From NCBI GenBank assembly GCA_963746845.1, contig CAVVCZ010000011.1:1-16696 (forward strand): a DNA stretch of 16,696 bases, in the 5' to 3' direction. Below, in pieces: positions 1 to 7,294 of this stretch (position 1 is its first letter; the number at the start of each line of letters is the position of its first letter). Both the position numbers and the translations under genes were made by a program. Below the pieces are notes generated by a model, which was not told the origin of the DNA, searched no databases, and saw only the letters and a program-made list of their open reading frames with translations. Source of the DNA: an uncultured Chloroflexia bacterium. GTDB taxonomy: Bacteria > Chloroflexota > Limnocylindria > Limnocylindrales > CSP1-4.

Positions 1-293
1 TCCAGCCGCTGGTGGAAGCCTGTCGCGGGGTCCGTCAGCGGGTCGATCAACCGCGCCATGTCCGGCTGCCAGCGGGCGTTGACGGGGCTCGCGTCCATCG
101 TCGCCCGGAACCGATCGAAGTCCTCGACCTCGAGATAGCCGAACAGATCCTCCCCCCGCACGAAGATCGAGTAGTTCCGGGCGCCCGCCTCCCTCAGGGC
201 TGCCACCATCTCGGGCCAGACCGCGGCATGCCGCTCGCGATACTCCGCCTCGGCCCCGGGCAGGAGCCGCATCGCGAACCCGACTCGCTCCAT
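1..293 (-). CDS. rhaM: L-rhamnose mutarotase (3' end runs off the window)
   Basis: Not in the ORF track. Manual translation from ATG at 293 gives MERVGFAMRLLPGAEAEYRERHAAVWPEMVAALREAGARNYSIFVRGEDLFGYLEVEDFDRF...VNARWQPDMARLIDP..., with the RhaM-type YxxxH.xVWPE, NYSIF, LFGY and RW motifs. SD GGGAGG at 301-306. Rhamnose context. Confidence 0.93.
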   Translation of the reverse strand, partial: MERVGFAMRLLPGAEAEYRERHAAVWPEMVAALREAGARNYSIFVRGEDLFGYLEVEDFDRFRATMDASPVNARWQPDMARLIDPLTDPATGFHQRL

Positions 294-313
294 GGTCACG
301 CCTCCCGTGTCAT

Positions 314-348
314 GAACGACCCCGGGCCGAAAGGTCCCGGGGTCGTTC
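314..348 (-). terminator. Strong intergenic stem-loop between the binding-protein gene and rhaM (partial terminator or mRNA stabiliser)
   Basis: Perfect 13-bp inverted repeat GAACGACCCCGGG (314-326) / CCCGGGGTCGTTC (336-348) around a 9-nt centre. No U-tract follows on the transcribed (-) strand. Confidence 0.65.
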
Positions 349-376
349 GCTGATCCGCGTTGCCGCGATCCGTCGA

Positions 377-1486
377 TCAGGACGGACCCCAGTTCTGCGC
401 GTCGATGTTGTCCTTGTTGAAGGTCAGCGGCGGGCCGAGGATGATCGTGCTGTCCTTGCCGATCTTGTACGGCGCGCCGTTGTTCAGGCTCGGGACGGTG
501 AGGCTCTCGCCCTCCTTGCCCGTGATGGTTCCCTTGACCAGTGCGTCGGCGACGTAGACGGTCAGGTAGCCGAGATCCGGGACGCTCCAAAGCCCGAACT
601 CGGGAGCGGTGCCGTCCTTGACGAACGCGGCCATCTGCTTCGGGAACCCGAGGCCGGTGACCTTGACGCTGTCCTGCTTCTTCTGGCCCGAGACGACCTG
701 GGCCGCGGCGAGGACGCCGACGGTGGTCGGGGCGACGATGACCTTGAGGTTCGGATGGGTCTGCAGGAGACCCTGTGCCTGGGTGGTGCTCTTCTGCGGG
801 TCGTCATCGCCGTAGACGACGTCGACGAGCTTCAGGCCCTTGTACTTGTCCCCGGCCAGGACGGTCTTCATGCTGTCGATCCAGGCGTTCTGGTTCGACG
901 CCGTGGCGGCCGCCGAGAGGACCGCGATCTCGCCGGTGCAGCTCGGTGCGAGGTCGCACGCCCAGTCGGCCATCGACTGGCCGATGAGGCTGAAGTCGGT
1001 CTGGTTGACGAAGACGTCATAGGCCCCGACCGCGGGGCTGGAGTCGTACCCGACGACCTTGATGCCGGCGGCCTTCGCCGCCGTCAGGGCGGGGACGACC
1101 GCGTTCGGATCGTTCGCCGAGATCGCGATCGCGCTGACGCCCTGGGTGGTAGCGTCCTGGATGAACGACGCCTGGGCCTCGGTCGCGGAGCTCGGTCCGA
1201 CCTGCGTGACCGCGCCGCCGAGCTCGGAGGCCGCCTTGTCGGCGCCGACCTTCGCGGCGTCGAAGTAGGGATTGTTGATCTGCTTGGGGATGAACGTCAC
1301 CTTGAGACCGGCGGCGGCCTGGCTGGCTGCCGCCGACGGCGACGTGGCGGGCGCGGATGCCGCCGGGGGAGCGGAGGCAGCCGTCGACGCGCTGGGCGTC
1401 GGGGTTGCGCCCGAACTACACGCGCCGACGGCGATGCTCGCCATCGCGAACAGGGCGGCCATCCGCCCGAATCGACCTGAGATCAA
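377..1486 (-). CDS. rhaS: Rhamnose ABC transporter substrate-binding lipoprotein
   Basis: Start revised to TTG 1486 (or GTG 1489) after SD GAGGAGG at 1494-1500. Signal peptide with lipobox VGAC (Cys codon 1418-1420), Ala/Ser/Pro linker, then a periplasmic-binding-protein type I sugar domain (FIPKQINNPYF, ISANDPNA, VVGYDS, ATASNQNAWI, YGDDD, APTTVG, VTGLG, GLWSVPDLGY) typical of RhaS/LsrB-like proteins. Confidence 0.88.
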   Translation of the reverse strand: MISGRFGRMAALFAMASIAVGACSSGATPTPSASTAASAPPAASAPATSPSAAASQAAAGLKVTFIPKQINNPYFDAAKVGADKAASELGGAVTQVGPSSATEAQASFIQDATTQGVSAIAISANDPNAVVPALTAAKAAGIKVVGYDSSPAVGAYDVFVNQTDFSLIGQSMADWACDLAPSCTGEIAVLSAAATASNQNAWIDSMKTVLAGDKYKGLKLVDVVYGDDDPQKSTTQAQGLLQTHPNLKVIVAPTTVGVLAAAQVVSGQKKQDSVKVTGLGFPKQMAAFVKDGTAPEFGLWSVPDLGYLTVYVADALVKGTITGKEGESLTVPSLNNGAPYKIGKDSTIILGPPLTFNKDNIDAQNWGPS

Positions 1487-1505
1487 CACAGCACCTCCTC
1501 GTGTG

Positions 1506-2540
1506 TCATGAAACGACGACCTCACTCGGGCCGCCAACCGACGGGGTCGGTCTGTTCCGATCCCGTTGCGCTCGGTCGATGGCGTCCTTGACCCGGCGAG
1601 CAAGAGTGGGAATGACCACCGACACGATCAGGAGCAGCCCGACGGCGATGCTCTGGATGTCGGAGGACACGTTCGTCAGCCGCAGGACATTGCCCATGAC
1701 AGCCAACGCGAAGAACGCAAGGACGACGCCGGGGATCGTGCCCCGGCCACCGAAGATGTCGACGCCGCCGAGCAGCACGATCGTCACGACGACGAGCGTG
1801 AGGCCCGAGCCGACGTCGGCCCGCGCGCTCGACATGCGAGCGACGAGGATGACGCCGGCGAGCGCCGCGACGACACCGGACAGGACGAACAGCAGGAGCT
1901 TGACCCGGGCGACCCGGATCCCCGAGAACCGGGACGCCGACTGGTTCTTGCCCATGGCGTAGAGCTGGCGCCCGATCCACGTGCGGTGGAGCAGGATGCC
2001 GAGGACGACCGCCAGTGCGAGATACACGGTGAAGGGCCATGGGATCGGCAGACCCGGCACGGTCCCGAACCCGAACGTCGTGAACCAGTCCGGGAAGTTG
2101 CTCACGCCGCGTGACCCGAGGACCACGAGCGCCAGGCCGCGGTAGAGCGCGAGGGTGCCGAGGGTGACCACCAGTGACGGCAGGCCCACACGCGTCACGA
2201 GGACGCCGTTGAGGAGCCCGCCCAGGGCGCCGACGATCAACACCGCGGCGATGGCCAGCGGGAGCGGCGCGCCGGCCGCGAAGAGGGCGCCGAGGATCGC
2301 CGCCGACAGGCCGACCATCGACTCGACCGACAGGTCGATCTCGCCCGCGATGATGATCAGGGCCATCGGGAGCGACATGATCGCGACCTCGATCGCGGCA
2401 GCGATCAGGTTCGCGAAGTTCCGTCCGCTCAGGAACACCGGGGACACGGCGGCCCCGATCGCGATCAGCGCGACGAGGAAGGCCGCGAGCAGCACCTCCC
2501 AGCGCGCGAGCCGACCGAGGAAGCCGCCGACGCCCGTCAT
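1506..2540 (-). CDS. rhaQ: Sugar ABC transporter permease (RbsC/BPD_transp_2 family)
   Basis: Start revised to ATG 2540, an ATGA overlap with the upstream permease stop. Hydrophobic, with IIAGEIDLSV, PSLVVTLGT, GRQLYAMGKN..SRFSGI and VLLGGVDIFGGRG motifs. Confidence 0.87.
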   Translation of the reverse strand: MTGVGGFLGRLARWEVLLAAFLVALIAIGAAVSPVFLSGRNFANLIAAAIEVAIMSLPMALIIIAGEIDLSVESMVGLSAAILGALFAAGAPLPLAIAAVLIVGALGGLLNGVLVTRVGLPSLVVTLGTLALYRGLALVVLGSRGVSNFPDWFTTFGFGTVPGLPIPWPFTVYLALAVVLGILLHRTWIGRQLYAMGKNQSASRFSGIRVARVKLLLFVLSGVVAALAGVILVARMSSARADVGSGLTLVVVTIVLLGGVDIFGGRGTIPGVVLAFFALAVMGNVLRLTNVSSDIQSIAVGLLLIVSVVIPTLARRVKDAIDRAQRDRNRPTPSVGGPSEVVVS

Positions 2541-3565
2541 TGCGCGCGCCGGCCGGAGATCGACCGCTGGAACTGGCGCACCAGCACCGCGTCGAGGGTC
2601 ACCGCGATCAGGATCACGAGCCCGTACAGGGCCTGCAGCCAGAACTGAGAGAGGCGCAGGAGGATCAGGGCGTTCCCGATGACGGTCAGGAACAGCGCGC
2701 CGAGCGCGGCGCCGATGACCGAGCCGGACCCGCCGAAGATGTTCACGCCGCCGACGACGACCGCCGCGACGACCTGCAACGTCACGCCCGACGCCGACGT
2801 GGCGTTGATCGTCCCGAACAGGATCCCCCACATCACCCCGGCGATCCCGCCGAGCAGGCCGCAGATGGAGAACACGACGAAGGTGACCATCCCCGCCCGG
2901 ATGCCGAGGACGGCCGCGCCCTCCGGGTTGCTGCCGACCGCGTAGACGGATCGGCCGAAGTTCGTCCAGCGGAGGATCGCGGCGAACACCACGGCCAAGA
3001 CGACGGCGACGAGGACGAAGACGGGGATCCCGAGCACGGTCGCGCGGGCGATCGCCGTGTAGCCCACCGGCAGCTGGGTCGCGGTGACCTGCTTGCCGCC
3101 GGCGATCAGGAAATCGATGCCGCGGTAGATGCTGAGCGTCCCGAGCGTCGCCACGATCGACGGCACCCGGAGCACCGCCACGATGACCCCGTTGACCATC
3201 CCGAGGACCAGCCCGAGCCCGACGCCGAACAGCATCGCGAGCGGGATCGGCAGCACGCCGTTGGCGAGGACTCCGGCGACGGCGAAGGCGACGAGGCCCA
3301 TCGTCGCCTCGACCGAGAGGTCGACGTTCCGGGTGATCACGACCATTGCCTCGCCGATCGCGGCGACAGCGATGACGGCGGCGAGGACCGAGACGTCGGT
3401 CAGGTTGTCGGAGGACAGCACCTGCGGCGCCTGGATCGCCACCAGGCCAACCATGGCGACGAGGATCAGGACGAGGCTCAGCTCGCGCTGACGCGCCGCG
3501 GCACCGAGGACGCGTGCCAGCGGACCGGTCGTCGGCGGCGCGGCGACCGCCGTCGAGCTAGCCAT
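2537..3565 (-). CDS. rhaP: Sugar ABC transporter permease (RbsC/BPD_transp_2 family)
   Basis: Hydrophobic, with ITRNVDLSV (RhaP-like), VPSIVATLGT, GRSVYAVGSNPEGA and VVVGGVNIFGGSG motifs. 8-bp overlap with the ATPase gene end. Confidence 0.87.
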   Translation of the reverse strand: MASSTAVAAPPTTGPLARVLGAAARQRELSLVLILVAMVGLVAIQAPQVLSSDNLTDVSVLAAVIAVAAIGEAMVVITRNVDLSVEATMGLVAFAVAGVLANGVLPIPLAMLFGVGLGLVLGMVNGVIVAVLRVPSIVATLGTLSIYRGIDFLIAGGKQVTATQLPVGYTAIARATVLGIPVFVLVAVVLAVVFAAILRWTNFGRSVYAVGSNPEGAAVLGIRAGMVTFVVFSICGLLGGIAGVMWGILFGTINATSASGVTLQVVAAVVVGGVNIFGGSGSVIGAALGALFLTVIGNALILLRLSQFWLQALYGLVILIAVTLDAVLVRQFQRSISGRRAQ

Positions 3566-5114
3566 CGGCCACGACCGGATCGGGCCCGACCTGGGCCGTC
3601 GCCGCGTACATCACGGCCTCTTCGGTCGCGTCCGCGCGTGCGATCTCGGCGCTGATGCGCCCCTCGTGGAGCACGATGATCCGATCCGACATCGCCAGGA
3701 CTTCGGGGAGGTCGCTCGAGATGAGGATGATCCCGAGCCCAGACGCCGCCAGCTCCGAGACGATCCGATGGACCTCGACCTTCGCCCCGATGTCGATCCC
3801 GCGCGTCGGCTCGTCGAGGATGAGGATCCGTGGCTCGGTCGCCAGCCATTTTGCGAGGACGACCTTCTGCTGGTTCCCGCCGGACAGGGCGCTCGCCGGC
3901 TGGTCGACCCCGGTCATCCGGACATCCAGCCGGGTCGCGTAGCCGTCGCCGACGCTCCGCTCACGCGACTCGCGGACGAACAGGCGCGGGAACAGCCGCG
4001 GCAGGATCGGCAGCGTGACGTTGTGGGCGATCGAGAAGTCGAGGACCAGCCCCTGCTGGTGGCGATCCTCCGGCAGATAGGCCACGCCGGCCGCCATGGC
4101 CTCGGACGGGCTCGCGAACACCTCGTCCCTGTCACCGAGCCGCACGACACCGGAATTGCGCTGATCGATGCCGAAGAGCACGCGGGCGACCTCCGTCCGG
4201 CCTGCCCCGACGAGACCCGCGAAGCCGACGATCTCGCCGGACCGGACCGAGAAGCTGATGTCCTCGAAGGCGCCGGCGCGGGTCAGGCCGGTGACCTCGA
4301 GGAGCACGTCGCCCACGGGGCTCTCGACCCTCGGGAACAAGGTGACGGCCCGTCCGACCATGTGCCGGATGAGATCCGCGGTCGTGAGCTCGGCGGTCGG
4401 AGCGGACACCACATGCCGGCCGTCGCGCAGGACCGTGGCCTGATCGCACAGCTCGAAGACCTCGTCGAGGCGATGGCTGACGAACAGGATCGCGACGCCG
4501 CGATCCCGGAGGCGGCGGACGATCGCGAAGAGGCGCGCCACCTCGTGCGCCGACAGCGAGGCCGTCGGCTCGTCGAGGATCAGGACGCTCGCGTCGAAGG
4601 ACAGGGAGCGGGCGATCTCGATCAGCTGCTGGTCCGCCATCGACAGGCCCCGGACCAGGGCCCGCCCATCCAACGGGACGTCGAGCTGCCGGAACAGCGA
4701 CTCGGCGCCGGTCCGCATGGCGGCCCAGTCGATGGTCCTCAACCGGCCCGGCGGGACGTGGCCGATGAAGACGTTCTCCGCCACGGACAGGTCCGGGAAC
4801 AGCTGTGGCTCCTGGTGGACGACGGCGATGCCGTGCGCCCGGGCATCGGTCGGGCTGCGCAGGACGGTCGGGACGCCGGCGAGCGACAGGGTCCCCGAGT
4901 CGGGCTGATGGATCCCGGCGAGGATCTTGGCGAGCGTGCTCTTGCCTGCACCGTTCTCGCCGACGAGGGCCCGAATCTCGCCGGCGCGGAGCTCGAGGCC
5001 GACGTCCGTCAGCGCCTGCGTGGCCCCGAACTGCTTCGAGATGCCGGCCATGGCGACGGCCGGAGGGGCATGCGGAGCCGCCGTCGGCGATGCCGCCGCG
5101 GGCATGACCGGCAT
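3558..5114 (-). CDS. rhaT: Sugar ABC transporter ATP-binding protein (two-domain CUT2 type)
   Basis: Walker A GENGAGKST, ILDEPT twice, VSHRLDE, degenerate second Walker A GLVGAGRTE, signature LSGGNQQKV. The start is probably ATG 5114 or GTG 5117, overlapping the regulator stop (ATG 5105 is also possible), rather than 5312. Confidence 0.9.
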   Translation of the reverse strand: MPVMPAAASPTAAPHAPPAVAMAGISKQFGATQALTDVGLELRAGEIRALVGENGAGKSTLAKILAGIHQPDSGTLSLAGVPTVLRSPTDARAHGIAVVHQEPQLFPDLSVAENVFIGHVPPGRLRTIDWAAMRTGAESLFRQLDVPLDGRALVRGLSMADQQLIEIARSLSFDASVLILDEPTASLSAHEVARLFAIVRRLRDRGVAILFVSHRLDEVFELCDQATVLRDGRHVVSAPTAELTTADLIRHMVGRAVTLFPRVESPVGDVLLEVTGLTRAGAFEDISFSVRSGEIVGFAGLVGAGRTEVARVLFGIDQRNSGVVRLGDRDEVFASPSEAMAAGVAYLPEDRHQQGLVLDFSIAHNVTLPILPRLFPRLFVRESRERSVGDGYATRLDVRMTGVDQPASALSGGNQQKVVLAKWLATEPRILILDEPTRGIDIGAKVEVHRIVSELAASGLGIILISSDLPEVLAMSDRIIVLHEGRISAEIARADATEEAVMYAATAQVGPDPVVADG

Positions 5115-5983
5115 CACCACGGCGTGGCCCCGCCCGTGTGGAGCCGCTGCGGATCCGACCGGCCGGGGCGGGGCTCGCTCGGATCCACGAGCCGGATGTC
5201 GATGCCCGAGCGCCGGAGCTCGGCGACCATCGCCGCCGGCGCGTCGATGTCGCTGACCGCCGAGGTGAGGTCGGCCGTCCGGCAGAACGTCGCGAACGCG
5301 GTCCGGCCCCACTTGGTGTGGTCCACGAGGCCGACGACCTCGGTCGCGCCTTCGACCATGAGGCGCTTGATCTGCGCCTCCTCCTCGGTGGCGTCACTGA
5401 GCCCCGCGTCGATCGCGAACCCCGCGGCACCCATGAACGCCTTCTGGACGTTGACCTTCTCGAACAGGCCGGCGCCGAGCGGCCCGACCAGGCTCAGCGC
5501 CTCCCACCGGACGAACCCGGCCGGCATCGCGACGGTGATGCCGGGATGGCCCGCGAGCTCCGACGCGATCCGGAGTCCGTTCGTGATCACGGTCAGGTGC
5601 AGCCAGCTCCCGCGCGCCTTGAGATGTCGCGCCAGCGCCAGCGCGGTCGTGCTCGCGTCGAGAGCGATGCTCTCGCCATCGACGACCATCGCCGCGGCCT
5701 CGCGCCCGATCGCGTCCTTCTCGGCTCGCTGGATCCGCTCGCGCACGTCGAACGCACGCTCGGCGCCCCGTCCGACGGTCACTGCCCCGCCATGGGTCCG
5801 GACCAGTCGCCGCTGATGCTCGAGCGCCGCGAGATCCTTGCGGATCGTCACGCGCGAGACGGCGAACCTCGTCGCGAGGTCCGCGACCCGGGCACGGCCG
5901 TGCTCCTCGACGATGCGGGCGATGTATTCCTGGCGCTCTTCGGCGAAGACGTCGTTGGGCGCGGGGTCGCTCGTCACAGGCAT
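5114..5983 (-). CDS. rhaR: DeoR/GlpR-family transcriptional regulator, probable rhamnose repressor
   Basis: N-terminal DeoR HTH (EERQEYI...LATRFAVSRVTIRKDLAALE...RTHGGA) and sensor domain (IALDASTT, VITNGL, KAFMG, LVDHTKWG). The rhamnose role is inferred from position. Alternative start GTG 5977. Confidence 0.88.
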   Translation of the reverse strand: MPVTSDPAPNDVFAEERQEYIARIVEEHGRARVADLATRFAVSRVTIRKDLAALEHQRRLVRTHGGAVTVGRGAERAFDVRERIQRAEKDAIGREAAAMVVDGESIALDASTTALALARHLKARGSWLHLTVITNGLRIASELAGHPGITVAMPAGFVRWEALSLVGPLGAGLFEKVNVQKAFMGAAGFAIDAGLSDATEEEAQIKRLMVEGATEVVGLVDHTKWGRTAFATFCRTADLTSAVSDIDAPAAMVAELRRSGIDIRLVDPSEPRPGRSDPQRLHTGGATPW

Positions 5984-6024
5984 CCCTGATTGCGTGGATG
6001 TCGCACGTTGGGTTGCGGATCGTG

Positions 6025-6053
6025 ACGGTACGGAAACGATTTCGAAAAGTCAA
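6025..6053 (-). promoter_or_regulatory. Sigma70/sigmaA-type promoter for the rhaR-T-P-Q-S-M operon
   Basis: The minus strand reads TTGACT (6053-6048), 17 nt, TACCGT (6030-6025). Confidence 0.7.
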
Positions 6054-6078
6054 CAAGGGAATTGAAATCAAACGAAAC
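6031..6078. promoter_or_regulatory. Candidate RhaR operator: phased GAAA direct repeats
   Basis: GAAA starts at 6033, 6044, 6064 and 6074 (spacings 11, 20, 10), with palindrome TTTCGAAA at 6040-6047. The repeats overlap both predicted promoters. Confidence 0.55.
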
Positions 6079-6090
6079 CCGTGTCATGCT
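6062..6090 (+). promoter_or_regulatory. Sigma70/sigmaA-type promoter for the rhaI-EW-B-lldD operon
   Basis: TTGAAA (6062-6067), 17 nt, CATGCT (6085-6090), preceded by an extended -10 TG at 6082-6083. SD AGGAGG at 6102-6107. Confidence 0.62.
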
Positions 6091-6115
6091 CCCCGGGAGT
6101 CAGGAGGTTTCCCCG

Positions 6116-7294
6116 ATGCGGACCATCACGAGCCCCGGTACGGCGGTCCAGGAGACGCTCCGTGGGCAGCGGATCGAGCTCCCGTCTTGGGCATTCGGGA
6201 ACTCCGGGACGCGGTTCAAGGTCTTCGCCCAGGCCGGCGTGCCGCGGGACCCGTACGAGAAGATCGCGGACGCGGCCCAGGTCCACCGATATACCGGCGT
6301 CGCGCCGACCGTGGCCCTCCACATCCCATGGGACAAGGTCGACGATTACCGTCATCTCGCAGAGCACGCGCGAGGGCTCGGGGTCGCCCTCGGGACGATC
6401 AACTCGAACACGTTCCAGGACAACGACTACATGCTCGGGAGCGTCTGCCATCCCGATGCCCGCGTCCGCCGAAAGGCCGTCGACCACCTGCTCGAGTGCA
6501 TCGACATCATGGACGCGACCGGTTCGCGCGACCTGAAGCTGTGGTTCGCTGACGGGACCAACTACCCGGGTCAGGACGACATCCGCGCCAGGCAGGATCG
6601 CCTCGCCGCGTCCCTCCGGACCGTCTACGATCGGCTCGGGCCCGACCAGCGGATCGTGCTCGAGTACAAGCTCTTCGAGCCCTCGTTCTACACGACCGAC
6701 GTGCCCGACTGGGGGACCTCGCTCGTCCACTGTGTCGCGCTCGGCCCGAAGGCCAAGGTCGTCGTGGACACCGGCCATCACGCGCCGGGGACCAACATTG
6801 AGTTCATCGTGGCGTCGTTGCTCCGGCTCGACAAGCTCGGCGGGTTCGACTTCAACTCCCGGTTCTATGCGGATGACGACCTGATGGTCGGCTCGGCAGA
6901 CCCGTTCCAGCTGTTCCGGATCCTGCACGAGTGCGTGAAGGGCGGGGCGCTCGACGGGGAGTCCGGAGTGGCGTTCATGCTCGACCAGTGCCACAACCTC
7001 GAGCCGAAGATCCCCGGCCAGATCCGCTCGGTGATGAACGTCCAGGAGGCGACGGCCAAGGCGCTGCTCGTGGACCGGTCGGCCCTCTCGGCCGCGCAGG
7101 CCGGCGGCGATGTCCTCGGTGCGAACGCGATCCTGATGGACGCCTACGACACCGACGTCCGGCCGATGCTCGCGGACCTCCGGCGGGAGATGGGCCTCGA
7201 TCCCGACCCGATGGCCGCGTACGCCCGGTCCGGCTATGGCGAACGGATCGCCGCCGAGCGGGTCGGTGGCGCCCAGGCCGGCTGGGGCGCATGA
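6116..7294 (+). CDS. rhaI: L-rhamnose isomerase, RhaI type
   Basis: Start ATG 6116 after AGGAGG. Motifs ELPSWAFGNSGTRF, LHIPWD, WFADGTNYPGQ, EYKLFEP, DTGHH, FDFNSRFYADDDL and DQCHN of the xylose-isomerase-like RhaI group. Confidence 0.94.
   Translation: MRTITSPGTAVQETLRGQRIELPSWAFGNSGTRFKVFAQAGVPRDPYEKIADAAQVHRYTGVAPTVALHIPWDKVDDYRHLAEHARGLGVALGTINSNTFQDNDYMLGSVCHPDARVRRKAVDHLLECIDIMDATGSRDLKLWFADGTNYPGQDDIRARQDRLAASLRTVYDRLGPDQRIVLEYKLFEPSFYTTDVPDWGTSLVHCVALGPKAKVVVDTGHHAPGTNIEFIVASLLRLDKLGGFDFNSRFYADDDLMVGSADPFQLFRILHECVKGGALDGESGVAFMLDQCHNLEPKIPGQIRSVMNVQEATAKALLVDRSALSAAQAGGDVLGANAILMDAYDTDVRPMLADLRREMGLDPDPMAAYARSGYGERIAAERVGGAQAGWGA

Noticed and set aside
3666-5816. Long antisense and alternate-frame ORFs (e.g. 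3666-5816, 2540-3655, 6068-7300, 7234-8436, 13896-15620, 12-353)
   Set aside because: They lie over well-supported genes, show no recognisable motifs, and are expected in high-GC DNA.
5981-6000. CATCC/GGATG inverted repeat that could sequester the rhaR start codon
   Set aside because: Only 5 bp with a 10-nt loop, too weak to support a riboregulatory element.
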